43,856 bases of DNA from a virus. The notes below the pieces were generated by a model. It saw nothing but the letters and a program-made list of their open reading frames with translations. It did not search any database and was not told where the DNA came from. The position numbers and the translations under genes were made by a program. The stretch is from IMG/VR virus record IMGVR_UViG_3300010375_000006, positions 1 to 43,856 of that record; one strand, written 5' to 3'. This document shows, in pieces, positions 7,318-14,775 of the stretch; the first letter of the stretch is position 1; every line of letters begins with the position of its first letter.

Positions 7318-7584
7318 TCAACCTGGTATACAGAAAGCGTAAGGCCGGTTGGGGCCTTGGAGGAGTGGCGGCACTGGCGATGGCTTCCCGTTGAGGCTGA
7401 CGATAGGGTCGCCTTCCGATAAAATTTGGGCTGCGGCCATTTCGCACCGCTTCGCCGTTTCGTACCGGATAACGACAGGGGGGCCATTGCCCCATCGCGC
7501 CACCAAATAGAACGGGCCTGGCCCATATTTCCAGTATGGGTTGCCCGCGTCGATCTGGGCAAACATCAGAGCGAGTGCAACCAC
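7318..7584 (-). CDS. 88-aa protein co-transcribed with the repressor (unknown function)
   Basis: GTG start is preceded by a perfect AGGAGG, 15 nt after the repressor stop. No motif recognised. Confidence 0.7.
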   Translation of the reverse strand: MVALALMFAQIDAGNPYWKYGPGPFYLVARWGNGPPVVIRYETAKRCEMAAAQILSEGDPIVSLNGKPSPVPPLLQGPNRPYAFCIPG

Positions 7585-7599
7585 CCTATCCTCCTAGAA

Positions 7600-8202
7600 T
7601 CACCGCCGTGGCATAACAAACAATACGGGTGCGGCCCATATAACCTCCACATTTTCCATGTCGGCGGCGTTGAGCGATCGTAGGGTATAGCGATCGGTCT
7701 GAGAACCGCTGGCCAGGATCTTGAGGTAGGTTCCGCCATCGGCCAGATGCACCGCGCAATATCGATTAAGGTAGGCAGGCAGCGCACCGTCATGGTCGCG
7801 GCGGACATAGATGATGTCGCCGGGCTCATACTTCGGGAGCATTGAGTCGCCGACCACTTCGAGCGCCATCATCGGGCCGGGGGCTAGGGGTGGGCGGGGC
7901 ACGAATTGCGGCTCGGCATCCTCGTTGATGTAGGCGACCAAGCCGCCAGCTCCGATACGTCCGAGCAACGGGACCTGTTCCGCTCCGCTGATGCTTTCAA
8001 ATGGCAATTCCAGGGCTTCCGCTATTTTGAACAGCGTGCCTATGCCGGGATTGTCCGTGCGTTCGAGAAGGTCGCGAACGGATGTCTGGCCGACGCCAGC
8101 TTTCTTGGACAGAGATCGGCGGCTGAAACCCTTTGCCGCCATCTCTGCCTCTATTCGGCGTCGAATCTCGTCGATGTTCACGGCCGCTGGCATGGGCGAC
8201 AT
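7600..8202 (-). CDS. CI/LexA-like repressor (XRE HTH plus S24 peptidase domain)
   Basis: HTH: RRSLSKKAGVGQTSVRDLL. Ala-Gly cleavage site candidate: IGAGG. S24 motifs: VVGDSMLPKYEPGDIIYV and a downstream Lys. ATG 8202. The longest ORF extends to 8316, across the operator. Confidence 0.9.
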   Translation of the reverse strand: MSPMPAAVNIDEIRRRIEAEMAAKGFSRRSLSKKAGVGQTSVRDLLERTDNPGIGTLFKIAEALELPFESISGAEQVPLLGRIGAGGLVAYINEDAEPQFVPRPPLAPGPMMALEVVGDSMLPKYEPGDIIYVRRDHDGALPAYLNRYCAVHLADGGTYLKILASGSQTDRYTLRSLNAADMENVEVIWAAPVLFVMPRR

Positions 8203-8256
8203 ATCACACGCGAGAGCGGCGTAATGGGACTGGCGAAATATCAGACGCGACGACCC

Positions 8257-8285
8257 TTGACCGTGTGAGATTTCACACATACACT
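8257..8285 (+). promoter_or_regulatory. Predicted rightward early promoter (PR analogue) with the operator in its spacer
   Basis: TTGACC-17 nt-TACACT. The spacer is GTGTGAGATTTCACAC (8263..8278) plus one nt. The -10 ends 8 nt before ATG 8294. Confidence 0.55.
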
Positions 8286-8293
8286 GCGCAGCC

Positions 8294-8491
8294 ATGGAAA
8301 CGCTGCTCTCTGACATTGAAAGCTTTCTTAGCGATCATCCCGAATTGAGTGAATGGCAGTTCGGCGAATTGGCGCTCAATGACCGAAAGTTCATTGCCCA
8401 ATTGCGTGACAATCGTGAGCCGCGCCGAAAGACGGTCGCTCGCGTCCGAAGCTTCATGCAAGATTATGTCCCGACCGCAGAGGCAGCATGA
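8294..8491 (+). CDS. Cro-position small regulator candidate (65 aa)
   Basis: Divergent from the repressor and first gene after predicted PR. EWQFGELALNDRKFIAQLRDNREPRRKTVARVRSFM resembles small prophage DNA-binding proteins. Confidence 0.6.
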   Translation: METLLSDIESFLSDHPELSEWQFGELALNDRKFIAQLRDNREPRRKTVARVRSFMQDYVPTAEAA

Positions 8492-8730
8492 CCCTGCGCC
8501 CAACCGCTGCCCCTGCGCATTTCCCTTACGCGCATCGGACGCTCGAAGAGATCGCGCGCGCCGAACACATAACCGAGCAATGCCATTGCACGGTCTGTCG
8601 GCTGCACGCTCTGGATGCGCAGACCCACTATCACACCATCTCCCGGAGCGGTTTCGCCATCGCCGCCGAGAGGGCCGTCCCGTCTATCCCTGTGGGCGGG
8701 ACGGCCGTTTCTTCGCGGGGGCGGGCGTAA
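8488..8730 (+). CDS. Hypothetical protein (80 aa)
   Basis: ATGA overlap with the upstream gene. Composition is only moderately protein-like. Confidence 0.4.
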   Translation: MTLRPTAAPAHFPYAHRTLEEIARAEHITEQCHCTVCRLHALDAQTHYHTISRSGFAIAAERAVPSIPVGGTAVSSRGRA

Positions 8731-8936
8731 TGGGCAACTGGACAGACATGTGGGCAGCTTTCGACAAACTGTTCGACAACGAGCCGTCCTTTTGGGCCGA
8801 TGGCGATCGGCGCACCCGCCATGCGCGGGTTAAACGGCAGACTACGGCCGGTCACGGCTGCATCTGCCCACCAGGAGCCGAAGCCACCTGCAAAGGCGCG
8901 CTTTGCCCGCGCCGTCCGATCGGTCCTGCATCGTGA
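8730..8936 (+). CDS. Hypothetical Cys-rich protein (68 aa)
   Basis: TAATG coupling. MGNWTDMWAAFDKLFDNEPSFWADG...GCICPPGAEATCKGALCPR. Confidence 0.45.
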   Translation: MGNWTDMWAAFDKLFDNEPSFWADGDRRTRHARVKRQTTAGHGCICPPGAEATCKGALCPRRPIGPAS

Positions 8937-9142
8937 GCGCCCGCCCCACCAACGAGATCAGCGCCACCAACCGCGCATTCCTTCTCCTGATCTGTGCGCT
9001 GGTCTGGCTGGTTGTTGCTCCGGTCTTTTTCATTCGCGGCTTTTGCGCGGGAAACGACCCCAGCCGCAGCAAGTCCGATCGGGATGAAATTAATGTCCAT
9101 AGCGGTTCTTTTATAACGGGAGCGGAACGGGATCATGGCTGA
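8933..9142 (+). CDS. Small membrane protein (69 aa)
   Basis: GTGA coupling. TM segment AFLLLICALVWLVVAPVFFI. Confidence 0.45.
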   Translation: MSARPTNEISATNRAFLLLICALVWLVVAPVFFIRGFCAGNDPSRSKSDRDEINVHSGSFITGAERDHG

Positions 9143-9569
9143 TGGAACGCTTCCCGCACGGGATTCCATTGCAGCGCAGCGAGAGCTTTTCCGTAGAGCT
9201 GAGGCCGAAGAAGGCCTTTCAATTGCTGTGATTGCGAAGAGAGCGCCGCTTTCCCCCAATACCATGCGGGGCTGGCGTGACGGCTCTGCAATGCCAGCAT
9301 GGGCCATCGGCGCGCTCAAGCAGGCTGGGGTTCCCGATCACCTGCTTTCACTCATTCTGGAGCCGTTCGCCTGCTTCGTCGTGTCTGACGAAGACGGAGA
9401 GGGTGACCTGGATACCGCCGCGAACGACGCGTTGGAGTTCGCCACTGAAGTCAACAAGGCGCACCACCCGAACAGCCCTGGCGGCTTGGCGATCGTACCG
9501 CAAGAAAAGGCGGTGATCGAGCCAAAGCGGCAGCGAGCCTGCGCCTCAATACGGAGGGCCGCAGCATGA
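9135..9569 (+). CDS. Putative HTH regulatory protein (CII-position)
   Basis: EEGLSIAVIAKRAPLSPNTMRGW looks like an HTH. Acidic C-terminal half. The call rests on position and motif only. Confidence 0.5.
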   Translation: MADGTLPARDSIAAQRELFRRAEAEEGLSIAVIAKRAPLSPNTMRGWRDGSAMPAWAIGALKQAGVPDHLLSLILEPFACFVVSDEDGEGDLDTAANDALEFATEVNKAHHPNSPGGLAIVPQEKAVIEPKRQRACASIRRAAA

Positions 9570-9838
9570 TTGATCTGTTCCACGTAATTGAAGACGCCTT
9601 TGCGATCGTGCGCAAGCCGAAGGGCGTCTATGTTCAGGCCAAGTTATATCACCGCGCGGGCGTCGTTTATGTCGCTTACGGTAGCGGGTTCGTCCGCCTT
9701 GGCCAGAAGTTCGGCGAAAGCTGGGGCACCTCGCATCCGGACATCAAGGTTCTGGATTATGGCGGCCCCGGCGTAGAGCCACAGCATGACCCTGTTTACC
9801 TCTCTTCTCGCGCTCGTCGCATTCGCGCGGTGTCGTGA
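9566..9838 (+). CDS. Hypothetical protein (90 aa)
   Basis: Coupled ORF (ATGA). Confidence 0.55.
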   Translation: MIDLFHVIEDAFAIVRKPKGVYVQAKLYHRAGVVYVAYGSGFVRLGQKFGESWGTSHPDIKVLDYGGPGVEPQHDPVYLSSRARRIRAVS

Positions 9839-10152
9839 TGGACGCCTATTTCAAGGCTCTAATCGACAGCCCGATCGATACCGCCGCGCGCGCCAACAAA
9901 CTGCTCCTGCCCGAAGGGGTTAGGGCGTCTAAGCGCCTGCCAAAGCCGGAATATTATGATTCCGTCACCGCGCCGAAGATAGCTAGAAGCGAGCTGGAAA
10001 AGCGCAAGGCGGATGCGGCAAGCGCCAAGCTGGTAGCGGTTCTCGACTATTACGCGACCACACAAGTCCCGTTCGACCGCATAGCCGCTCATACCAAGTT
10101 GACCGAAGATCAGGTTCGGGAATCAATGCTTCGCCGGGGTCGTTCCGCATGA
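9835..10152 (+). CDS. Hypothetical protein (105 aa)
   Basis: Coupled ORF (GTGATG). Confidence 0.55.
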   Translation: MMDAYFKALIDSPIDTAARANKLLLPEGVRASKRLPKPEYYDSVTAPKIARSELEKRKADAASAKLVAVLDYYATTQVPFDRIAAHTKLTEDQVRESMLRRGRSA

Positions 10153-10451
10153 CCCTCCTATGGGAAGCCCTACCCCTGGCAACACTGACAGGGACATCGC
10201 TGTATGGCTTGGTGAAGTGGCGTGATGCGCAGCGGGAAGCAAACTGGCTAAGACGTCGCCTTCGTAGAACGTCTTCAGCCAGCAACGACTTCGCGGACCT
10301 TTATGGGGCCGCTCAACGCCGTCTCGACGCCATTCGCTTGCAGCGCTCCGAAACCACGCGCCGTGGAAATCTCACCCGCTCCGCCAACCGCAAGGCCGCT
10401 GAAGCAGCCAAGAGGGCAGAGACGACCTATCGTCTGGAGGTGGGACGGTGA
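10149..10451 (+). CDS. Hypothetical basic coiled protein (100 aa)
   Basis: Coupled ORF (ATGA). N-terminal hydrophobic segment. Confidence 0.5.
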   Translation: MTLLWEALPLATLTGTSLYGLVKWRDAQREANWLRRRLRRTSSASNDFADLYGAAQRRLDAIRLQRSETTRRGNLTRSANRKAAEAAKRAETTYRLEVGR

Positions 10452-11044
10452 GCCGCCGCGGTGATGTAAACTGGACCCCCGAGCTTAAGGCCAGGCTGAA
10501 AGCCATGGTCGATCAGGGGATCTCGGACAGCCGTATCGGCCACGACATGGGTGTGAGCAAGGGTTGCATATCCGGGGCTCGGACGCGCTTCGGGATCAAA
10601 TCCACGGTCGTCCTGCACAGCGTCAAGCGCCCGCCCGCCGACTTCCTTGAGGTTGGTCCGACCCTGACTCTTCAGGGCTGTGCAAGGCATTACGGCGCGT
10701 CACCATCCACCGCAAAGGCATGGTACGAGCTTCTCGACATCACACCCGCCGCACGGGTCTACGTCAAGCTGGAAAGGACCCCCAAGGCGCCAACGCCACC
10801 GCGCGCACCCCAGCGGGTCTATCAGCGCGGCTTCAGCACCATGCAGGCCATGCGCGCTCCAGAGCGGGCGTCAACCTTAGCCTCCTGTGCCCAGCTTCAC
10901 CTGCAACGCTATTTCCCCGTCTACAGGGCAAAGATTCAATTCCGCAACGCTCCGGATGACGCGTGGATCGTAGCCGGTCGGAGAATTTCCGAAGCCGAGA
11001 TGATCCAGATTGCCCAGCGCAAGGGCTTCGAGGTGGCGGCATGA
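10448..11044 (+). CDS. GcrA-like cell-cycle regulator homologue (N-terminal domain)
   Basis: VNWTPELKARLKAMVDQGISDSRIGHDMGVSKGCISGARTRFGIK parallels Caulobacter GcrA (SWTDERV..LKKLW..GLSASQIA..LG.VSRNAVIGKVHRLGL). Confidence 0.6.
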   Translation: MSRRGDVNWTPELKARLKAMVDQGISDSRIGHDMGVSKGCISGARTRFGIKSTVVLHSVKRPPADFLEVGPTLTLQGCARHYGASPSTAKAWYELLDITPAARVYVKLERTPKAPTPPRAPQRVYQRGFSTMQAMRAPERASTLASCAQLHLQRYFPVYRAKIQFRNAPDDAWIVAGRRISEAEMIQIAQRKGFEVAA

Positions 11045-11379
11045 TCGTGGAATTGCCATGGCCTCCGCGCGAGTTGTCGCCGAATGCCCGCCCGCATCAT
11101 ATGGCCAAGGCTCGCGCCACCAAGGCGTATCGCTCTACCGCCCATTGGGCCGCAAAATCAGCCAACGCGCGCGCTCCTATCGGACTTGAGGACATATCCC
11201 TAGAGGTCACGTTCTACCCGCCCAGCCGCCGCCCAGATCGGCAGAACATGCCTGGTTGGATCAAGGCCGGGATTGACGGGATCGCCGACGCCATCGGTGT
11301 GAACGATCGTCGGTTCAATCCGACCTACCATTACGCTGAGCCCATCAAAGGCGGCAAAGTTACGGTGGCGGTCGGATGA
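11041..11379 (+). CDS. rusA: RusA-family Holliday junction resolvase
   Basis: MIVELPWPPRELSPN...FYPPSRRPDRQNMPGWIKAGIDGIADA..VNDRRF matches the RusA pattern (LPWPPS.N, PDRRRRDLDN, DDxxV). Confidence 0.8.
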   Translation: MIVELPWPPRELSPNARPHHMAKARATKAYRSTAHWAAKSANARAPIGLEDISLEVTFYPPSRRPDRQNMPGWIKAGIDGIADAIGVNDRRFNPTYHYAEPIKGGKVTVAVG

Positions 11380-12167
11380 CCGATTGGTTCCGTTCATGGC
11401 ACGGCGCGCCGACCGACAATAAATGGCTCCTGATCGCCAAGCGCGCAGGCGTCAAACCGATCCACGTATCAGGTACGTGGTGGGCACTTCTCGACCATGC
11501 TTCCCAACACTCCGAACGTGGCTTCGTCGGCGATTTCGACGTTGAAACCTTCGCACTGTTCGCCGGCATGGAAGAAGAACACGTGTCACGCATTGTCACG
11601 ACGCTTCGTGACAAGGGCATGATCGTGGACGACCGCATAGGCCAGTGGTCTAAGCGGCAACCGAAACGCGAGGACGAAACCGCTGGTGACCGCCAGCGCC
11701 GTCATCGCGCAGAAAAGGGCGGAAAACCGCCAAATAACGGTGGTGACAACACCCCTGATCGCCCCCTTAATGGCGCCGGTCACGCAGTGTCACGCAATGT
11801 CACGCTAGATAAGAGTAGAGGAGAGAAGAGTAGTTCCGTTGCTAACGCAACGGGCACGGTCGTGCCGCACCCGGCAGCAGATTTCGCCAAAGTCGTTTTC
11901 GACAGTGGCCTCGCCCTGCTCACCGCCTCCGGCCACACCGAGCGCCAAGCACGATCGATCATCGGACGATGGCGCAAGGCCGTCAGCGATCCCGAGATGA
12001 TCGTCATCCTTCGCCAAGCAGAAACCGAACAACATAGCGCGCCGGTCGAATGGATCACCGCCGCAGTGGAGGCCCGCAATGGAAGCCGGAAAAAACCTCG
12101 CAACAACGAATATCGCGACCCAATCCTTGGTGACGCGTTTGACGAGCTTGCTGCCCGCATGGGTTAG
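11376..12167 (+). CDS. Putative replication initiator / replisome organiser (winged-helix N-terminus)
   Basis: 263 aa at the replication position. N-terminal wHTH-like EEHVSRIVTTLRDKGMIVDD. Function is inferred from position only. Confidence 0.4.
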   Translation: MTDWFRSWHGAPTDNKWLLIAKRAGVKPIHVSGTWWALLDHASQHSERGFVGDFDVETFALFAGMEEEHVSRIVTTLRDKGMIVDDRIGQWSKRQPKREDETAGDRQRRHRAEKGGKPPNNGGDNTPDRPLNGAGHAVSRNVTLDKSRGEKSSSVANATGTVVPHPAADFAKVVFDSGLALLTASGHTERQARSIIGRWRKAVSDPEMIVILRQAETEQHSAPVEWITAAVEARNGSRKKPRNNEYRDPILGDAFDELAARMG

Positions 12168-12762
12168 CCCGAGCGATCTCGATGCGGAGCGGTTTTACCT
12201 GCCCCAGGTTCCACGCGGCCAAGGGGATCGGCTACGGTCGATCGCAGCCGACTACCGCGAGGCAATGCGGCCATCGACACACGACCAACGCAAGGCCGCG
12301 CTCCTCGAACTGCGGCTGGCGACGGTTCCGAGGAACGAGAGCGAGCTTGAGGCCCGCGCGTCCTTCGCCAAGCTGATCGACGATCTGTCGGACGTCCCGG
12401 CCGACATCGTTCATTCCGCCTGCCGAGCCTATGCCAACGAGCCTGGCACGCGCTTCTTCCCCCGTGGAGCCGGAGAGCTTCGGACATTCGCCAACCCGAT
12501 GATGGCCCAGAGGGCAATTCGCGCCCACAGGCTGGAAGAAATGGCGCGGGCATCGGATGAAGTATTCGACGAAAGTACGCGCTGCACACCGGAAGAAGCT
12601 GCCGCAATCAAGGCAGAGTTCGGCCTGGTAACAAATCCCTACCCCGAACAGCCAAAGCCGGTTGGGACAAAGCCCCGCATGCCGACGCGAGACGATTACC
12701 TCGCCCTTGGCGTGGATCCATCGGTCCTCAACATGCTCCCCGCCAAAGGACAAGCAGCATGA
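12130..12762 (+). CDS. Hypothetical protein (about 210 aa, start uncertain)
   Basis: The frame is open from 12079. In-frame candidate starts are ATG 12079, TTG 12127, GTG 12130 and TTG 12148, all overlapping the upstream gene. Confidence 0.55.
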   Translation: MTRLTSLLPAWVSPSDLDAERFYLPQVPRGQGDRLRSIAADYREAMRPSTHDQRKAALLELRLATVPRNESELEARASFAKLIDDLSDVPADIVHSACRAYANEPGTRFFPRGAGELRTFANPMMAQRAIRAHRLEEMARASDEVFDESTRCTPEEAAAIKAEFGLVTNPYPEQPKPVGTKPRMPTRDDYLALGVDPSVLNMLPAKGQAA

Positions 12763-13049
12763 TCCTCGTCGTTCAAGGCCGGGCGCGTCGCAGACCAATG
12801 GAATACCGGACACGCAGCGCCCAAGAGAGGCCAAAGGGAACCCGCGTTTCCCCTGGTCACAAAATCAGAACGGCGATTAGCCTTTCTCCTGAATTATTTG
12901 AAGCGTGCGCGGCGATTGCGCAGGGTGCAAACAAATCTCTTGCGGGCTTTCTCTCTGAAATCGTTGCCGAATGGATCGAGCGGGAAGCTGGAATTTGCGT
13001 CCATACGAACCCCATCAACCAGACGCAAAGCGCCGACCAAGCAGCATGA
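12759..13049 (+). CDS. Ribbon-helix-helix (CopG/Arc-like) protein
   Basis: KIRTAISLSPELFEACAAIAQGANKSLAGFLSEIVAEWIERE has the RHH layout. ATGA coupling. Confidence 0.6.
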   Translation: MILVVQGRARRRPMEYRTRSAQERPKGTRVSPGHKIRTAISLSPELFEACAAIAQGANKSLAGFLSEIVAEWIEREAGICVHTNPINQTQSADQAA

Positions 13050-13288
13050 CCAAGCGCGAGGAAGCCATATCCGCGATAGCGCACGCCATAGCGGACGGCC
13101 CCAACCCCAGCTCGGCCACATGGCAGAGCGCCACCGCCGCCTTCGATGCGGCAATCAAGGTCCTCATGGAGCCTGATGAGTCGATGTTCCTCGCATACGA
13201 CAATGCGCCGGACAGAAGGGATGGGGAATCGTGGCGCGTGACTGCGCGCAACGAGCTTCAAGCCATGCTCAAGGCCGCTTCAGCATGA
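13046..13288 (+). CDS. Hypothetical protein (80 aa)
   Basis: ATGA coupling. MTKREEAISAIAHAIADG... Confidence 0.55.
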   Translation: MTKREEAISAIAHAIADGPNPSSATWQSATAAFDAAIKVLMEPDESMFLAYDNAPDRRDGESWRVTARNELQAMLKAASA

Positions 13289-13479
13289 CCGGCCAAGCGG
13301 CAAAACAGAACGCGGACTTCCTGTTGAACCGCTCGCAGGCGATCAGCTTGGTTTGTGTTGCAGCCCTGATCAAAGAGGGGGTGATCACCTTCGCCGGGGA
13401 GTATTCCGAACTCGCCACGATAGCCTTGGCCGAGGCCGGTGAGGAATTGGCGCTCCAAATCGGGGGCATGCCGCAATGA
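13285..13479 (+). CDS. Hypothetical protein (64 aa)
   Basis: ATGA coupling. MTGQAAKQNADFLLNRSQ... Confidence 0.5.
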   Translation: MTGQAAKQNADFLLNRSQAISLVCVAALIKEGVITFAGEYSELATIALAEAGEELALQIGGMPQ

Positions 13480-13528
13480 CCCACCCCAACAAACCACTCG
13501 GTAAATATCTCATAAGGAGGATTGGGCT

Positions 13529-13900
13529 TTGATCGTCGCGTTACTCATTGCTTGCACGGCAGTGGACGGGGACACGATACGCTGCGGGGCAGAGCGCATC
13601 CGCATTACCGCGATCGATGCGCCTGAGATGCCTGGGCACTGCCGCAAAGGCCGTGACTGCGCACCGGGCGATCCTTTCGCCAGCAAGCAGGCGATGGCCG
13701 GCTATCTCGCATCGGGCCCACTCACGGTCGAACGTTTGGGCATGGATCGGTACGGCCGCACTGTCGCGGATGTCTATTCCAATGGGACGTCTCTGTCCTG
13801 CCTCCAACTCGCCAGCGGTCATGCGCGCTACTGGCCTCGATACGACAATGGCGGTCGGATCAAGCTGGAGTGCGGATTCATTCAGGAAGGGAATCGATAA
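13529..13900 (+). CDS. Thermonuclease (staphylococcal nuclease, SNase-like) family protein
   Basis: DGDTIRCGAERIRITAIDAPE...DRYGRTVADVY...LASGHA. TTG start with AGGAGG 8 nt upstream. The N-terminus MIVALLIAC is lipobox-like. Confidence 0.85.
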   Translation: MIVALLIACTAVDGDTIRCGAERIRITAIDAPEMPGHCRKGRDCAPGDPFASKQAMAGYLASGPLTVERLGMDRYGRTVADVYSNGTSLSCLQLASGHARYWPRYDNGGRIKLECGFIQEGNR

Positions 13901-14059
13901 ATGCGCGGACGACCAGCAAGCCAGGCCAAGCGGATTCAGCAGCGCGTAACCGAAATGCGCCACGCTGGCGATCAGGTGAACAAATCCCGGATAGCGCGCG
14001 AGCTGCATGTTCCAATCAGGACGGTGTTTCGGGTGATGGCAGAAAGTCGCTGCGCCTGA
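13901..14059 (+). CDS. Small HTH protein, 52 aa (not in track)
   Basis: My translation: MRGRPASQAKRIQQRVTEMRHAGDQVNKSRIARELHVPIRTVFRVMAESRCA. It starts 1 nt after the nuclease stop. Confidence 0.5.
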   Translation: MRGRPASQAKRIQQRVTEMRHAGDQVNKSRIARELHVPIRTVFRVMAESRCA

Positions 14060-14129
14060 ATTATGTCATATGCACAGGACAGAAAATCCCGTGTAACTGG
14101 TCTGCCGAGCATAGCCATGGAGGCTCGGC

Positions 14130-14291
14130 ATGACCATCCTGGGTTTGATATTGGTATTGATCCTGCTGGCGGTCCTGCTGCCCGTGGCAGGCGTCTCGCT
14201 CGATCCGCAAATCATGCGCATCATCCTGGTGCTTCTCGTCATCGCTGCGGTCGTGTGGCTCTTCACTGGCTCCGGCCTGTTGCGCGCGTAA
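14130..14291 (+). CDS. Very hydrophobic 53-aa two-TM peptide (not in track)
   Basis: My translation: MTILGLILVLILLAVLLPVAGVSLDPQIMRIILVLLVIAAVVWLFTGSGLLRA. GGAGG lies 6 nt upstream of the ATG. Confidence 0.55.
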   Translation: MTILGLILVLILLAVLLPVAGVSLDPQIMRIILVLLVIAAVVWLFTGSGLLRA

Positions 14292-14295
14292 AACT

Positions 14296-14775
14296 GTGGG
14301 ATCACGTAAATCAGACTTGGTTGTGGTCGCGCCACAGGCGGAGAATGGTCGCCCGAGCAAATATCAGCCGGACTTTGCCGACCAAGCCCGCAAGCTGTGC
14401 TTGCTCGGCGCGACTGATGGTGAACTGGCGGACTTTTTCGAAGTCTGTGAGGCAACCATCAATAATTGGAAAAGGGATCACCCGGGCTTTTTAGAGTCCA
14501 TTCGTGCAGGCAAGGTGAAGGCGGACGCTGAGGTGGCCGACAGCCTCTATCGCCGCGCCACTGGTGAGACAGTAGAACTCGAAAAGGTCATGAAGAAGGA
14601 CGATGGCTCTTACGAGGCCGTCCGGTATAAATCCTACATTCCAAGCGATCCGGCCGCCGCTTACCGCTGGCTGCAAAACCGTCGTTCGCAGAACTGGACG
14701 GATAAACAACTCGTAGAGCACACGGGGTCTGTGTCGGTGGTGGAGAGGCGAATTGTCTCGAACCCTGCGAATTGA
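14296..14775 (+). CDS. terS: Terminase small subunit
   Basis: GRPSKYQPDFADQARKLCLLGATDGELADFFEVCEATINNWKRDHPGFLESI is the typical TerS HTH pattern. It sits immediately upstream of and overlaps TerL. Confidence 0.8.
   Translation: MGSRKSDLVVVAPQAENGRPSKYQPDFADQARKLCLLGATDGELADFFEVCEATINNWKRDHPGFLESIRAGKVKADAEVADSLYRRATGETVELEKVMKKDDGSYEAVRYKSYIPSDPAAAYRWLQNRRSQNWTDKQLVEHTGSVSVVERRIVSNPAN

Noticed and set aside
12759-13479. The RHH gene plus two small downstream genes read as a toxin-antitoxin module.
   Set aside because: The downstream proteins show no RelE, ParE, MazF or other toxin motifs that I can recognise. The arrangement is just part of the coupled early operon.
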